DNA of 64,000 nt, taken from NCBI GenBank assembly GCA_964478015.1, contig CAYZGM010000001.1, positions 2,981 to 66,980 of the forward strand, written 5' to 3'. Made by a program: the position numbers and the translations under genes. Within the stretch, counting starts at the first letter, position 1. Each line of letters begins with the position of its first letter. Below, piece by piece: positions 9,616 through 17,516 of the stretch. Origin of the DNA: an uncultured Planctomycetia bacterium. Lineage in GTDB: Bacteria > Omnitrophota > Gorgyraeia > 2-02-FULL-51-18. The notes under the pieces were generated by a model. It was not told the origin of the DNA. It saw nothing but the letters and a program-made list of their open reading frames with translations, and searched no databases.

Positions 9616-9986
9616 TAAACCTTACGAGTCAGCCGGCTTTCAATGAATCTGACCAGGATTTCGCGGTCCTGATCCGATATTTTGGAAAAATAAAGGGCGA
9701 GAAAGTAATCGTCGGACGAGGGGTCTTTTTCGCGTCGCACCACCACTGCTTTCATGCGCAGGGTTTTGCCGTGCTTCGCATTCTTGTCCACTGGCGGGAG
9801 CATCAGCGCAAGCGCCACCTGCGTCATCAGAGGAATATTTTTATCCACCAGACACAATGCCCCATGTTCGCTGATGTTGACTGTCCGCGCCCGGGCCTCA
9901 TAATTCTGGTGGCCTATCTTAAAGGGCAGCTCCTCGTCAACTCGGACCGAGCGCCGCCGATCTAAGATCGGTTTTGGGGTTCTCAT
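9615..9986 (-). CDS. PilZ-domain protein
   Basis: RRRSVR (RxxxR) and NISEHG; ATGA overlap with upstream gene; TAATG overlap with patatin gene. Confidence 0.88.
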   Translation of the reverse strand: MRTPKPILDRRRSVRVDEELPFKIGHQNYEARARTVNISEHGALCLVDKNIPLMTQVALALMLPPVDKNAKHGKTLRMKAVVVRREKDPSSDDYFLALYFSKISDQDREILVRFIESRLTRKV

Positions 9987-10261
9987 TCCGCTGTGGCAGC
10001 GGGCGCGGACTGGGCTTGGGCCGCTTTCGCCGCCGCCTCTTCCTGGGCTTTCTTGGTCTTCGCGGCTTCCTGCGTGACATATAGCTGAAAGCACTGTTTG
10101 TTAGCGAAATATTTTCCATCACGATAGTACCAGTCCTTACGGCGAATACGCTTGTTGGACTGCGCGCAGTTGGTGGGACGCGATTTTTTCTTTTTGAGTT
10201 TTTTTAAAGGCGTCTCAGCAGATTCTGTCTTGGCTGCAGCGGACTTTGTTTCTTCTACCAT
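9983..10261 (-). CDS. Small basic protein with degenerate treble-clef (TRASH/YHS-like) motif
   Basis: GGAG RBS 8 nt before ATG 10261; CAQS..WYYRDGKYFANKQC; Lys-rich and Ala-rich flanks. Confidence 0.65.
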   Translation of the reverse strand: MVEETKSAAAKTESAETPLKKLKKKKSRPTNCAQSNKRIRRKDWYYRDGKYFANKQCFQLYVTQEAAKTKKAQEEAAAKAAQAQSAPAATAE

Positions 10262-10304
10262 GATCATTGCTCCATTTTTTTTGATTTGATTTTCTTCCTG
10301 ACCT

Positions 10305-10332
10305 ATCTTAAACGCTGGGCGCTTAAAATCAA
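10305..10332 (-). promoter_or_regulatory. Putative sigma70 promoter of the PilZ/patatin/beta-oxidation operon
   Basis: TTGATT-16 nt-TAAGAT. Confidence 0.35.
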
Positions 10333-10373
10333 GACTAATCTTGGGGGTGATCCCGGGGGTCAAACGATCGGAC

Positions 10374-10754
10374 CTAGGCTTGAGCTTGTTTCTTGTTCGT
10401 CCTCAACCATTCACGGTAAACATACTCGAGAACACGCGTTCGATCGTGCAGGCTGATTTTTGTAAGACGTATTCCCGCCTCGAGCCCGTCAGCCCAAGCG
10501 ACTTTTCCTGTGGCAAAGACGGGTAGGTTGTCTCCCGGAACATTCATGCAGACTTCGATGGGAGTTCCGGAAGCGACGGTTTCTTTGAAGCCAACACGCA
10601 TCCCCTCCCGGCTCAAGTCTTTCGCCAGCGTTTTCCCAAATATGGGATTCAGCGTCAGCGTACGAAATTCCAAATCGAGCGGCGCATTGAAGCGCATGAA
10701 TTTACGTCTTTCAGTGGCGGTGAGGTTGGGTCGTGATCCCGAATCGTCAGTCAT
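10374..10754 (-). CDS. PilZ-domain protein
   Basis: ERRKFMR and DLSREG motifs. Confidence 0.88.
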   Translation of the reverse strand: MTDDSGSRPNLTATERRKFMRFNAPLDLEFRTLTLNPIFGKTLAKDLSREGMRVGFKETVASGTPIEVCMNVPGDNLPVFATGKVAWADGLEAGIRLTKISLHDRTRVLEYVYREWLRTNKKQAQA

Positions 10755-10947
10755 TTTTAAAGTAACGGATTAGGTCGCTTTTTAGGAAGCGGTAATTGTC
10801 CCCCACCTTGCGGCCCGGGATTTTTTTAGATTTGACGAGTTTGTACAGCGTTTGCCGACTAATGCTAAGAAACTGGCAGGCGTTTTCCGTTGTCAACGCC
10901 TTATCAACGCTCTCGAGCTCGGCTTCCTGTAAATTATTTTTATTCAT
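10747..10947 (-). CDS. Small HTH DNA-binding protein (excisionase/MerR-like, HTH_17)
   Basis: LTTENACQFLSISRQTLYKLVKSKKIPGRKVGDNYRF; RBS GGGAGAG before ATG 10947. Confidence 0.88.
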   Translation of the reverse strand: MNKNNLQEAELESVDKALTTENACQFLSISRQTLYKLVKSKKIPGRKVGDNYRFLKSDLIRYFKND

Positions 10948-10997
10948 CGCATCTCTCCCTGCCTTGGAGGTAAGAGCCTCAATCAAAACGGACATTT

Positions 10998-11026
10998 ATT
11001 AAAACAATTCAGTCTGTTTATGTCAA
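10998..11026 (-). promoter_or_regulatory. Sigma70 promoter for HTH-PilZ genes
   Basis: TTGACA-17 nt-TTTAAT with extended TG; AT-rich upstream. Confidence 0.6.
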
Positions 11027-11078
11027 GTAAATAATAAGTAAGTTAAAACTGGTTAAACCCTAGGTGGGTCCTGGGAAT

Positions 11079-11105
11079 AAAAAAGCCGGGCTTTCGTGCC
11101 CGGCT
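11079..11105 (-). terminator. Intrinsic terminator
   Basis: AGCCGGGC/GCCCGGCT stem followed by T6 on the minus strand. Confidence 0.8.
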
Positions 11106-11129
11106 CTCACAAAAAAACCAGCGGATTAC

Positions 11130-11453
11130 TTAAAACACGTATTCCGGCTCTAGGATGGGACGGTAATTCTCAGGCAGCGGGAATGGGAAAGTCGCGATTT
11201 CATAGATACCGGCACCCGTTCTAACCACGGTCATTCCGGCGCCCTTTGCCAAGCCCAGCGTCATTCCGGTGAATGCATTGTCTTCGACGCTCATATTGTA
11301 AATATTCTTGGGAAGCTCCACCCAACCCGTCAAGGTGTTTGCCACTCCGCGACCCAATTTTGTGAAAGCATCCTGAGCAAAGCAAACAGTTGTTGTCATC
11401 AGGATGAGCATTGCCACGTGCGCTGCCACCCCCTGCCAAAATTTCTTTGTCAT
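11130..11453 (-). CDS. Exosortase-system-associated protein (TIGR04073-like)
   Basis: Signal peptide; KLGRGVANTLTGWVELPKNI..RTGAGIYEIATFPFP..ILEPEYVF; AAGGAGG RBS. Confidence 0.85.
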   Translation of the reverse strand: MTKKFWQGVAAHVAMLILMTTTVCFAQDAFTKLGRGVANTLTGWVELPKNIYNMSVEDNAFTGMTLGLAKGAGMTVVRTGAGIYEIATFPFPLPENYRPILEPEYVF

Positions 11454-11489
11454 GCCGACGCCTCCTTAGACCATAAAATCATCGCGCTT

Positions 11490-11518
11490 AGTATACCTAA
11501 CACAAAGGGTTATGTCAA
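11490..11518 (-). promoter_or_regulatory. Near-consensus sigma70 promoter
   Basis: TTGACA-17 nt-TATACT. Confidence 0.75.
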
Positions 11519-11590
11519 ATTTAATTTGCAAAAATGCATAAAAAATCTTTGTGTTCCCCTGATAACATTGTTAGAATCCTGGGGATAGCT

Positions 11591-12406
11591 ATGTATGAGT
11601 CATTCTACGCGCTAAGGCAGAAGCCTTTTTCGGTCACGAGCAACCCGTCGTTCCTTTTTTTAAGTGAACGCCACAGGGAGGCCTTGGCTCATCTGACCTA
11701 CGGGATCAGGGAGCGCGTGGGCTTCATCGAGATCACCGGCGAGGTTGGGACTGGAAAAACGACGATTTGCCGTACGCTTTTGAATCAGCTAGACGAGAAG
11801 ACAAAGACCGCGTTTATCTTCAACTCCAATTTATCGGAGCTTCAGCTGATGCAGACGATCATTGAGGATTTCGGCATTAAAACGGCTCAGAGAAGTAAGA
11901 GCGCCCTTTTTTTTGAGCTCAATCGTTTTCTGATTGAGCAGCTGGCTCTAGAAAACAACGTTGTCCTCATCATTGATGAGGCCCAAAACCTAAGCCTGAA
12001 GCTGTTGGAGCAGGTACGCATGCTGTCGAATCTTGAATCGGAAAATGAGAAGTTGCTCCAAATCGTGCTGGTGGGTCAGCCGGAACTGCGCGACAAGCTG
12101 AACTCGCCATCCCTGCGGCAGTTGCGCCAGAGGATTGCGGTGCGTTACCATATTGAGGCTTTGAGCAAGGAGGAAGTGCCTCTCTACATTGGCCATCGCC
12201 TGGGGTTGGCGGGCGCGAACGGCGCTTCGCCCATCTTTGACGCCGAGGCAATCGAGGAGATCTACCGGTATTCCAAGGGGATTCCAAGACTAATCAACAT
12301 GGTTTGCAACAAAGCGCTTTTAACCGGGTTTGTCCGGGAGGAGCGCCTTATTTCAGAGGAGATCATCAAACGGTCGATCCGCGAACTGGAAGGAAACTTC
12401 ACATGA
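11591..12406 (+). CDS. exeA: ExeA/GspA-type AAA ATPase without the peptidoglycan-binding tail
   Basis: MYESFYAL..PF, GEVGTGKT, IIDEAQ, VLVGQPEL, GIPRLIN. Confidence 0.88.
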   Translation: MYESFYALRQKPFSVTSNPSFLFLSERHREALAHLTYGIRERVGFIEITGEVGTGKTTICRTLLNQLDEKTKTAFIFNSNLSELQLMQTIIEDFGIKTAQRSKSALFFELNRFLIEQLALENNVVLIIDEAQNLSLKLLEQVRMLSNLESENEKLLQIVLVGQPELRDKLNSPSLRQLRQRIAVRYHIEALSKEEVPLYIGHRLGLAGANGASPIFDAEAIEEIYRYSKGIPRLINMVCNKALLTGFVREERLISEEIIKRSIRELEGNFT

Positions 12407-12972
12407 GCATTATCAATGAGGCATTGAAAAAAGCTGGTCAACCGATTATCCACCAAGCGGACGAAAAGAAGTCCGGGGCGTCCTTGCGTCCGCAGATCGA
12501 GCGTCAGCAACAGAGACCGCGCTCCCATTGGGGGCCATTTTTCATCGTGGGCGTGGTGGCGCTGATCACGGGCCCAATCTTGGTGCCCCTGTTTCACGGA
12601 GCGTCACAAAAAAATAGAACCGGGGACACGGCGCAATCGGCGCGATTGGCGTCGATGGGCGAGGCAGTTTCTGGGAGTTTTTCGCTGGGTCAGGAGAATT
12701 CAAGCGCCTTGGCGCAATTTGCCATTGAAGAAACGCCAACCCCGCCGTCTCCACCCCCCGCGTGGGCTGGTTTCGGTTCAAAAAAAAGTTCCGCCTCCAA
12801 ATTTGATTTGAGCGGCATCGTTTACTCGGAAAGCGATTCCTATTGCCTGCTCAACGGAAAGGTTTTGAAAGTCGGCGAGAAAATCGGCGGCGCAACTTTA
12901 GTGCAGATCTTGCCGAACCAAGTTACGCTGGATTACCTTGGGGAGAAGATCATGATCTCCGCCTCTTCCTGA
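12403..12972 (+). CDS. ExeB/GspB-like membrane protein
   Basis: MSIINEALKKA start, one TM helix, C-terminal LSGIVYS..LLNGKVLKVGE; ATGA overlap with exeA. Confidence 0.8.
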   Translation: MSIINEALKKAGQPIIHQADEKKSGASLRPQIERQQQRPRSHWGPFFIVGVVALITGPILVPLFHGASQKNRTGDTAQSARLASMGEAVSGSFSLGQENSSALAQFAIEETPTPPSPPPAWAGFGSKKSSASKFDLSGIVYSESDSYCLLNGKVLKVGEKIGGATLVQILPNQVTLDYLGEKIMISASS

Positions 12973-12985
12973 GAGGGTTTGGGAC

Positions 12986-14095
12986 TCAGCCTTTTCTTTT
13001 TTCGAGCGCTCCTAAAATTACCGCAGCCGGAACATCCGACACGACTACAACTTTCCCCGTTCTTACGGGAAGGACAAAGCGGTTCTTTTTTTGAATAGAT
13101 TTTTTATCATAGTGGATAGACTTGAGAATGTTTTCGGTTGAAAGGCCCTTGAAGTAAAGCGGCAGGTTAAACTTCATCAAGACTTTTTCCAGCCTCTGCG
13201 TGAGACCGGCATCTTTGAGCACCCCTAGCTCCCGCGAGATATCGCAGGCCACCAGCATCCCTATGCCCACCGCTTCCCCGTGCGTGTAGGCTCTTGAATA
13301 TGCCGACACGGTTTCGATCGCATGTCCGGCCGTGTGGCCAAAATTAAGAATGATTCGGGTCCCCGTTTTGTCCAATTCATCGGCTTCGACCACGTCAGAT
13401 TTGATTTTGGCGCAGCGCTCGATCACATTTTCAAGGCGGGTTTCATCTTTGCGGAGAGCCTCAAGTCCCAAGGATTCCAGAAGTTCAAAAAGTGTCGCGT
13501 CCTTGATCACCCCATACTTGATGATCTCCGCAAAACCATCGCTCCAGACCCGGTCCGGCAGGCTTGAGAGCATGGTGATGTCACTTAGCACGAGGGACGG
13601 CTGGTAAATGCTTCCGAGGAGATTTTTCCCCTCCGGCAGGTCCACACCCGTTTTTCCGCCGATGGCGGAGTCCACCTGTGCGGTGAGGGTCGTTGGAACC
13701 TGAACGTAGGGAATTCCGCGACGGTACGTCGCCGCTGCGAAACCGGTCAGATCCCCAACAACTCCTCCGCCAAGAGCCAGCAAAGCCAAGGGCCTGCCCT
13801 TTCCATCCCTGGCTGCTAGGAATTTGATAAGGCGTGACCAAACCGCCTGGGTTTTGGTGGCCTCAGAGCTTTTTGCTTGGGGCATTAAGAACAGAGCTTG
13901 GTCAAGAGCTTCTCTGGAAAGAGCGCTGTGGATGGCCTGCCCGTAGTACACCCAAATGGGCTTTTGCGACACGACGACGAGCGTGTGGTTTGAAAAACCG
14001 GCTTGTTTGAGGTGGGCGCCCAATCGTGTCAACAGCCTGGGCCCAATGAGTATTTTGTAGGCTCTGTCTTTCAGGCGGACGCGGACAGATCTCAT
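12986..14095 (-). CDS. aroB: 3-dehydroquinate synthase
   Basis: GGGVVGD, PTTLTAQVDSAIGGKTG, LNFGHT, HGEAV. Confidence 0.96.
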   Translation of the reverse strand: MRSVRVRLKDRAYKILIGPRLLTRLGAHLKQAGFSNHTLVVVSQKPIWVYYGQAIHSALSREALDQALFLMPQAKSSEATKTQAVWSRLIKFLAARDGKGRPLALLALGGGVVGDLTGFAAATYRRGIPYVQVPTTLTAQVDSAIGGKTGVDLPEGKNLLGSIYQPSLVLSDITMLSSLPDRVWSDGFAEIIKYGVIKDATLFELLESLGLEALRKDETRLENVIERCAKIKSDVVEADELDKTGTRIILNFGHTAGHAIETVSAYSRAYTHGEAVGIGMLVACDISRELGVLKDAGLTQRLEKVLMKFNLPLYFKGLSTENILKSIHYDKKSIQKKNRFVLPVRTGKVVVVSDVPAAVILGALEKRKG

Positions 14096-14418
14096 CCGAT
14101 AGGACACCCTGCAGAAATTTCTTTATCCAGGGTGAGCAAAGTCAATTTGTCGCCATCCTTAGCCGCCAAAAGCATCCCCTGGGATTCCACGCCGCGAATA
14201 ATGCTGGGAACAAGATTCGTAACAACAACCACCATTTTTCCGAGCAATTCCTCTCGGGAGTAGAACTTCTTGATGCCTGCAACCACGGTCTTTTTTTCTG
14301 CACCCAGATCTATGTCAACTCGCCACAGGCGGTCCGCTCCGGGGATCTCCTGGGCATCCAGGATCTTGGCCGCTCGAAGCTGAGTCTTCTTGAAATCTTC
14401 GAGGGTCAGATCGCTCAT
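14092..14418 (-). CDS. Stand-alone tRNA-binding OB-fold protein (Trbp111/CsaA/MetRS C-domain)
   Basis: GADRL..IDLG, VVTNL..IRGVESQGMLLAA. Confidence 0.9.
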   Translation of the reverse strand: MSDLTLEDFKKTQLRAAKILDAQEIPGADRLWRVDIDLGAEKKTVVAGIKKFYSREELLGKMVVVVTNLVPSIIRGVESQGMLLAAKDGDKLTLLTLDKEISAGCPIG

Positions 14419-14723
14419 TTCTTATCAGATTTTCCGGCTGCGCCTTTTCCGCCGGGAGCTGCTGAGCCCTTGGCGGCAACGGGAGCTGCCGTTGTCGCGT
14501 CCGCTTTTGCCGGAGCTCCCGCACCCGCTGCCCCCGCTTCAGCCACCGCTTTTTCCTTCTTAACCTTGATACGCTGCATCTTTACCTTTGGGATGCCAAG
14601 AACCGAAATGCTCTCGCCCCACAGACTTTTATCTTTCAAAACTTTCAAACGCTCATAGCGTTTAAGCACCGAACGATGCTTCTTGCCTTTTCCTCCCGCG
14701 CGCAAACTCGAATGTATCGACAT
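14415..14723 (-). CDS. PVC-superphylum signature small basic protein (TIGR04137-like) with Ala/Lys-rich tail
   Basis: MSIHSSL..RSVLKRYERL..W..SVLGIPKVK. Confidence 0.85.
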   Translation of the reverse strand: MSIHSSLRAGGKGKKHRSVLKRYERLKVLKDKSLWGESISVLGIPKVKMQRIKVKKEKAVAEAGAAGAGAPAKADATTAAPVAAKGSAAPGGKGAAGKSDKK

Positions 14724-14767
14724 TCCTCGCCCTCCTCGATTTCGTTGAAGCCGGGTATTCTACCATA

Positions 14768-15361
14768 TTACCGTCGGCGCAGAAAACAATCCTTGTATTT
14801 GCTCGAAAAGCGCGCCTGATCCTTTTTCGCCTCCTCCTTAGAGGCGTATTGTCCGGCGCATACCTGAAAATACTCACCGCTGGGAATGATCGAACTGGTA
14901 AAACCCATTTGTTGGAGGGCCGCCATCTCTGCCTCTGCGAGCGATTTCTTGCGGTGGGTCACCAGCTGGATCGTATAAGGTTTTGCGGACGCTTCCACGG
15001 CTGCCGGTCCCGGGTTTTGGGCCCGTTCCGGTGCCATGGAAATGGTCGGGGAAACTGCCGGTGTTGTCTGCGATCTCTTCTGGTGGGTTTCGATCGTTGG
15101 GGCGGCTGGGCTCGCTTGGATGGTCCGGGATGAGGTTAGGGCAGACCGCACAATAGATTTGCCGCGCAGGACACCCAAGAAAAATACTCCGCAAAGAAGC
15201 AGAATCACGAGAATGCCGCCCATCAACAACTGCTCTGTGTTGGTGCTCAGCAGAATCGGTTTTTGCGACCGCGGCAGGCCCGGAAAACGCTCCGCTTTTT
15301 TTGGCTCTTGCGAAAACTGCTCAAAAAGTTCTTGCTGGGTCTCTTTCGACTTTGGATCCAT
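14768..15361 (-). CDS. SPOR-domain membrane protein
   Basis: Single TM, low-complexity linker, C-terminal YTIQL..VCAGQYASKEEA. Confidence 0.8.
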   Translation of the reverse strand: MDPKSKETQQELFEQFSQEPKKAERFPGLPRSQKPILLSTNTEQLLMGGILVILLLCGVFFLGVLRGKSIVRSALTSSRTIQASPAAPTIETHQKRSQTTPAVSPTISMAPERAQNPGPAAVEASAKPYTIQLVTHRKKSLAEAEMAALQQMGFTSSIIPSGEYFQVCAGQYASKEEAKKDQARFSSKYKDCFLRRR

Positions 15362-15413
15362 CTACCATTCTTTCTACGTGTTAAATTAAAAGTGAGGATT
15401 CCGTAGTATACAA

Positions 15414-16001
15414 TTACTGCCAGCTCGCTTCAAGCATTCGGCCGGAAGCTCCGTACAACACCCAGCGCCCTCCGCTGGAAGATATCTTTGCAACGCGAGT
15501 GCCGTCGCCAAATTTTGGAAAACGCCTGTCGACCAATTTTGAGAATGGCTCTAGCGAATTTTCCGGAACGCATAGCCGCAAGAAAATCTTTTGGATTTTT
15601 CCGTTTTTCAAAGAAAATCCCGCGCGCAGCGCCGCCTCTCCGATCCTGCCATCAAGCAACCGCACGCTCCACCCTCCCCGCTTCGGGAGCCACACCCAGC
15701 GAGAATCCTGCAACTCCAAGCGCTCCGTTCCGTTGAAATTTTTAAATATTTGGTTCAAAGAAAAAAGCTGTGTCTTAGACATCTTCCCGAGGGTTATTTT
15801 TTTTATTGAGAATTCGGCGCCAAAAAGAAAGAATTTCGTGTGAATTCCCTGAATTTGAATGGGGTGGCCTGCCATGCGCGCGCATTGGATCGATAACCCT
15901 CGATCTACCAAGGGGTTAGGGAATAAGATCAGGGCGAGTAAAAATGCAGACGCACCGGCAAGGATCGTCATCACAGGTCGGAGGAGCCGACGTTTATGCA
16001 C
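15414..16001 (-). CDS. Hypothetical membrane-anchored protein
   Basis: N-terminal TM helix; start overlaps HD-GYP stop; no recognisable motif. Confidence 0.6.
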   Translation of the reverse strand: MHKRRLLRPVMTILAGASAFLLALILFPNPLVDRGLSIQCARMAGHPIQIQGIHTKFFLFGAEFSIKKITLGKMSKTQLFSLNQIFKNFNGTERLELQDSRWVWLPKRGGWSVRLLDGRIGEAALRAGFSLKNGKIQKIFLRLCVPENSLEPFSKLVDRRFPKFGDGTRVAKISSSGGRWVLYGASGRMLEASWQ

Positions 16002-17505
16002 GCGGCGTTCGCCTCAGTCTCTTATAAAGGCTTTCTTTTTTAACGATGCGAATAAAGGCGTCCACGACTTTCGGATCAAACTGGGATCCACTGTTTCTTT
16101 CAAGCTCCGTCAAAGCCTGAGCCTGCGTCAATTGGCCGCGATAAGGCCGGCCTATGATGATCGCCTCGAAAGCATTCATCACAGACAGAATGCGCGCCCC
16201 GATCGGAATTGCATCGCCGGCCAGCCCCTCCGGATAACCTGTGCCGTCGTATTTTTCGCGGGAGTAGAGAATGATTGGGGCGACGGTTTTCAAGTTTTCA
16301 AATTTTAAGACGATCTTGGCGCCGTGAGCCGGATGATCGCGAAGGGCCCAAAACTCCTCCCGCGTCAGTTTGGAGGGTTTTCTCAGAATTTCCTCTGGGA
16401 TGCCAATCTTGGTGGTTTCTTTCAAAAGAGCCGCATAATGAAGCGCTTGTTTTTGCTCATCGGACAATCCCAGTAAGTCCGCGGTTCTTAGCGCCATATG
16501 GGCGAACATCTCTGGGGACATGACCGATTGGTTGGGCGACCTGCTCCCGAGGATGCTGGCCAGGGACTGGATGGTGCTGAGCGTAACGCGACGCTGCTCC
16601 TCATAGAGCTGGGCGTTCTTGATGGCAATCACCGCTTCTTCCGCGAGGGTGGTCAGGATCTCCAGATCAAAGTGATTAAACGCGTTTCTATCTTTTTTTC
16701 CCGAGACCGTGACGACACCGATAACATCCTCGTCAATGAGCGGGATACAAAGGGTTTTTTTTCTCAGCTGGATTTCCGCGGACTTGGCGACCCGCCCCTC
16801 CATCTTCTTTCCTAGGGAGATCGCTCTCTCTGCGGGCCCCTTTTTTGGATATCCCACAAGCGCCTTGCAGACAAGGTGGCCCTTTTTTTTGTTGCTTTTA
16901 TCAAGCAGGTAGATCGAACACCGGTTTACGCGTAAGACCTGCGCCGTCAAATAAGCAAGCCGGGATACCAGCTCATCGAGGTTTAGGGTTGAATTGATGA
17001 TGCGGTGCACCGTGTGGACGGTCGAAAGCGCGATGGCTCGCGGTCGAATGGTGGCGGAGAGGCGGTTCAACTCCTCGGATTTCCAAAAGTTTTCCAGGCA
17101 GGAATGCAATGCGTACGCAAGCGGCGCTAACGAGGCTTTTGCCGCGTCCGGGGTCGCCTTGGCAATAACCAAATAGCCGAGAAAGCGACCTCCAAGATTA
17201 ATCGGTAGACAAAGGAGCGCCTCTTTGTGAGAAAGTTCATGGCAAAGAGCGTGTTCAGACTTGGTGACCCTGCGTTTTAGCGCGGGTGCCGCCTTGCGAA
17301 GCTCTTGTGAAAAGTGATGCGTGTGTCCATCCTGCCAGATAGCGGCGGAAACTTTTGAAGTTTGAAGCCATTGCCGTGCATTCAGTTTGAGTCTCGGCAG
17401 AAGCCACCAGACCGTTCCCGGCAGGCAAAGGCGGAACGCCTCTCTTAGCTTTTTGAGCGCAGGGTCTTTCTGAAGATTATCGAACAGCTCTTTTTCGCCA
17501 GCGAT
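15994..17505 (-). CDS. Sensor(PocR-like)-GAF-degenerate HD-GYP protein; proposed ATC start
   Basis: Frame open 111 codons upstream of the track's TTG 17172 to an ATC preceded by AAGGAGG; GAF domain; KPSKLT, DGTGYP, RPYR, QFDP motifs. Confidence 0.8.
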   Translation of the reverse strand: MAGEKELFDNLQKDPALKKLREAFRLCLPGTVWWLLPRLKLNARQWLQTSKVSAAIWQDGHTHHFSQELRKAAPALKRRVTKSEHALCHELSHKEALLCLPINLGGRFLGYLVIAKATPDAAKASLAPLAYALHSCLENFWKSEELNRLSATIRPRAIALSTVHTVHRIINSTLNLDELVSRLAYLTAQVLRVNRCSIYLLDKSNKKKGHLVCKALVGYPKKGPAERAISLGKKMEGRVAKSAEIQLRKKTLCIPLIDEDVIGVVTVSGKKDRNAFNHFDLEILTTLAEEAVIAIKNAQLYEEQRRVTLSTIQSLASILGSRSPNQSVMSPEMFAHMALRTADLLGLSDEQKQALHYAALLKETTKIGIPEEILRKPSKLTREEFWALRDHPAHGAKIVLKFENLKTVAPIILYSREKYDGTGYPEGLAGDAIPIGARILSVMNAFEAIIIGRPYRGQLTQAQALTELERNSGSQFDPKVVDAFIRIVKKESLYKRLRRTPRA

Positions 17506-17516
17506 GGTCTGCCTCC

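Noticed and set aside
10747-10947. Prophage/ICE excisionase
   Set aside because: No integrase, att sites or phage genes nearby
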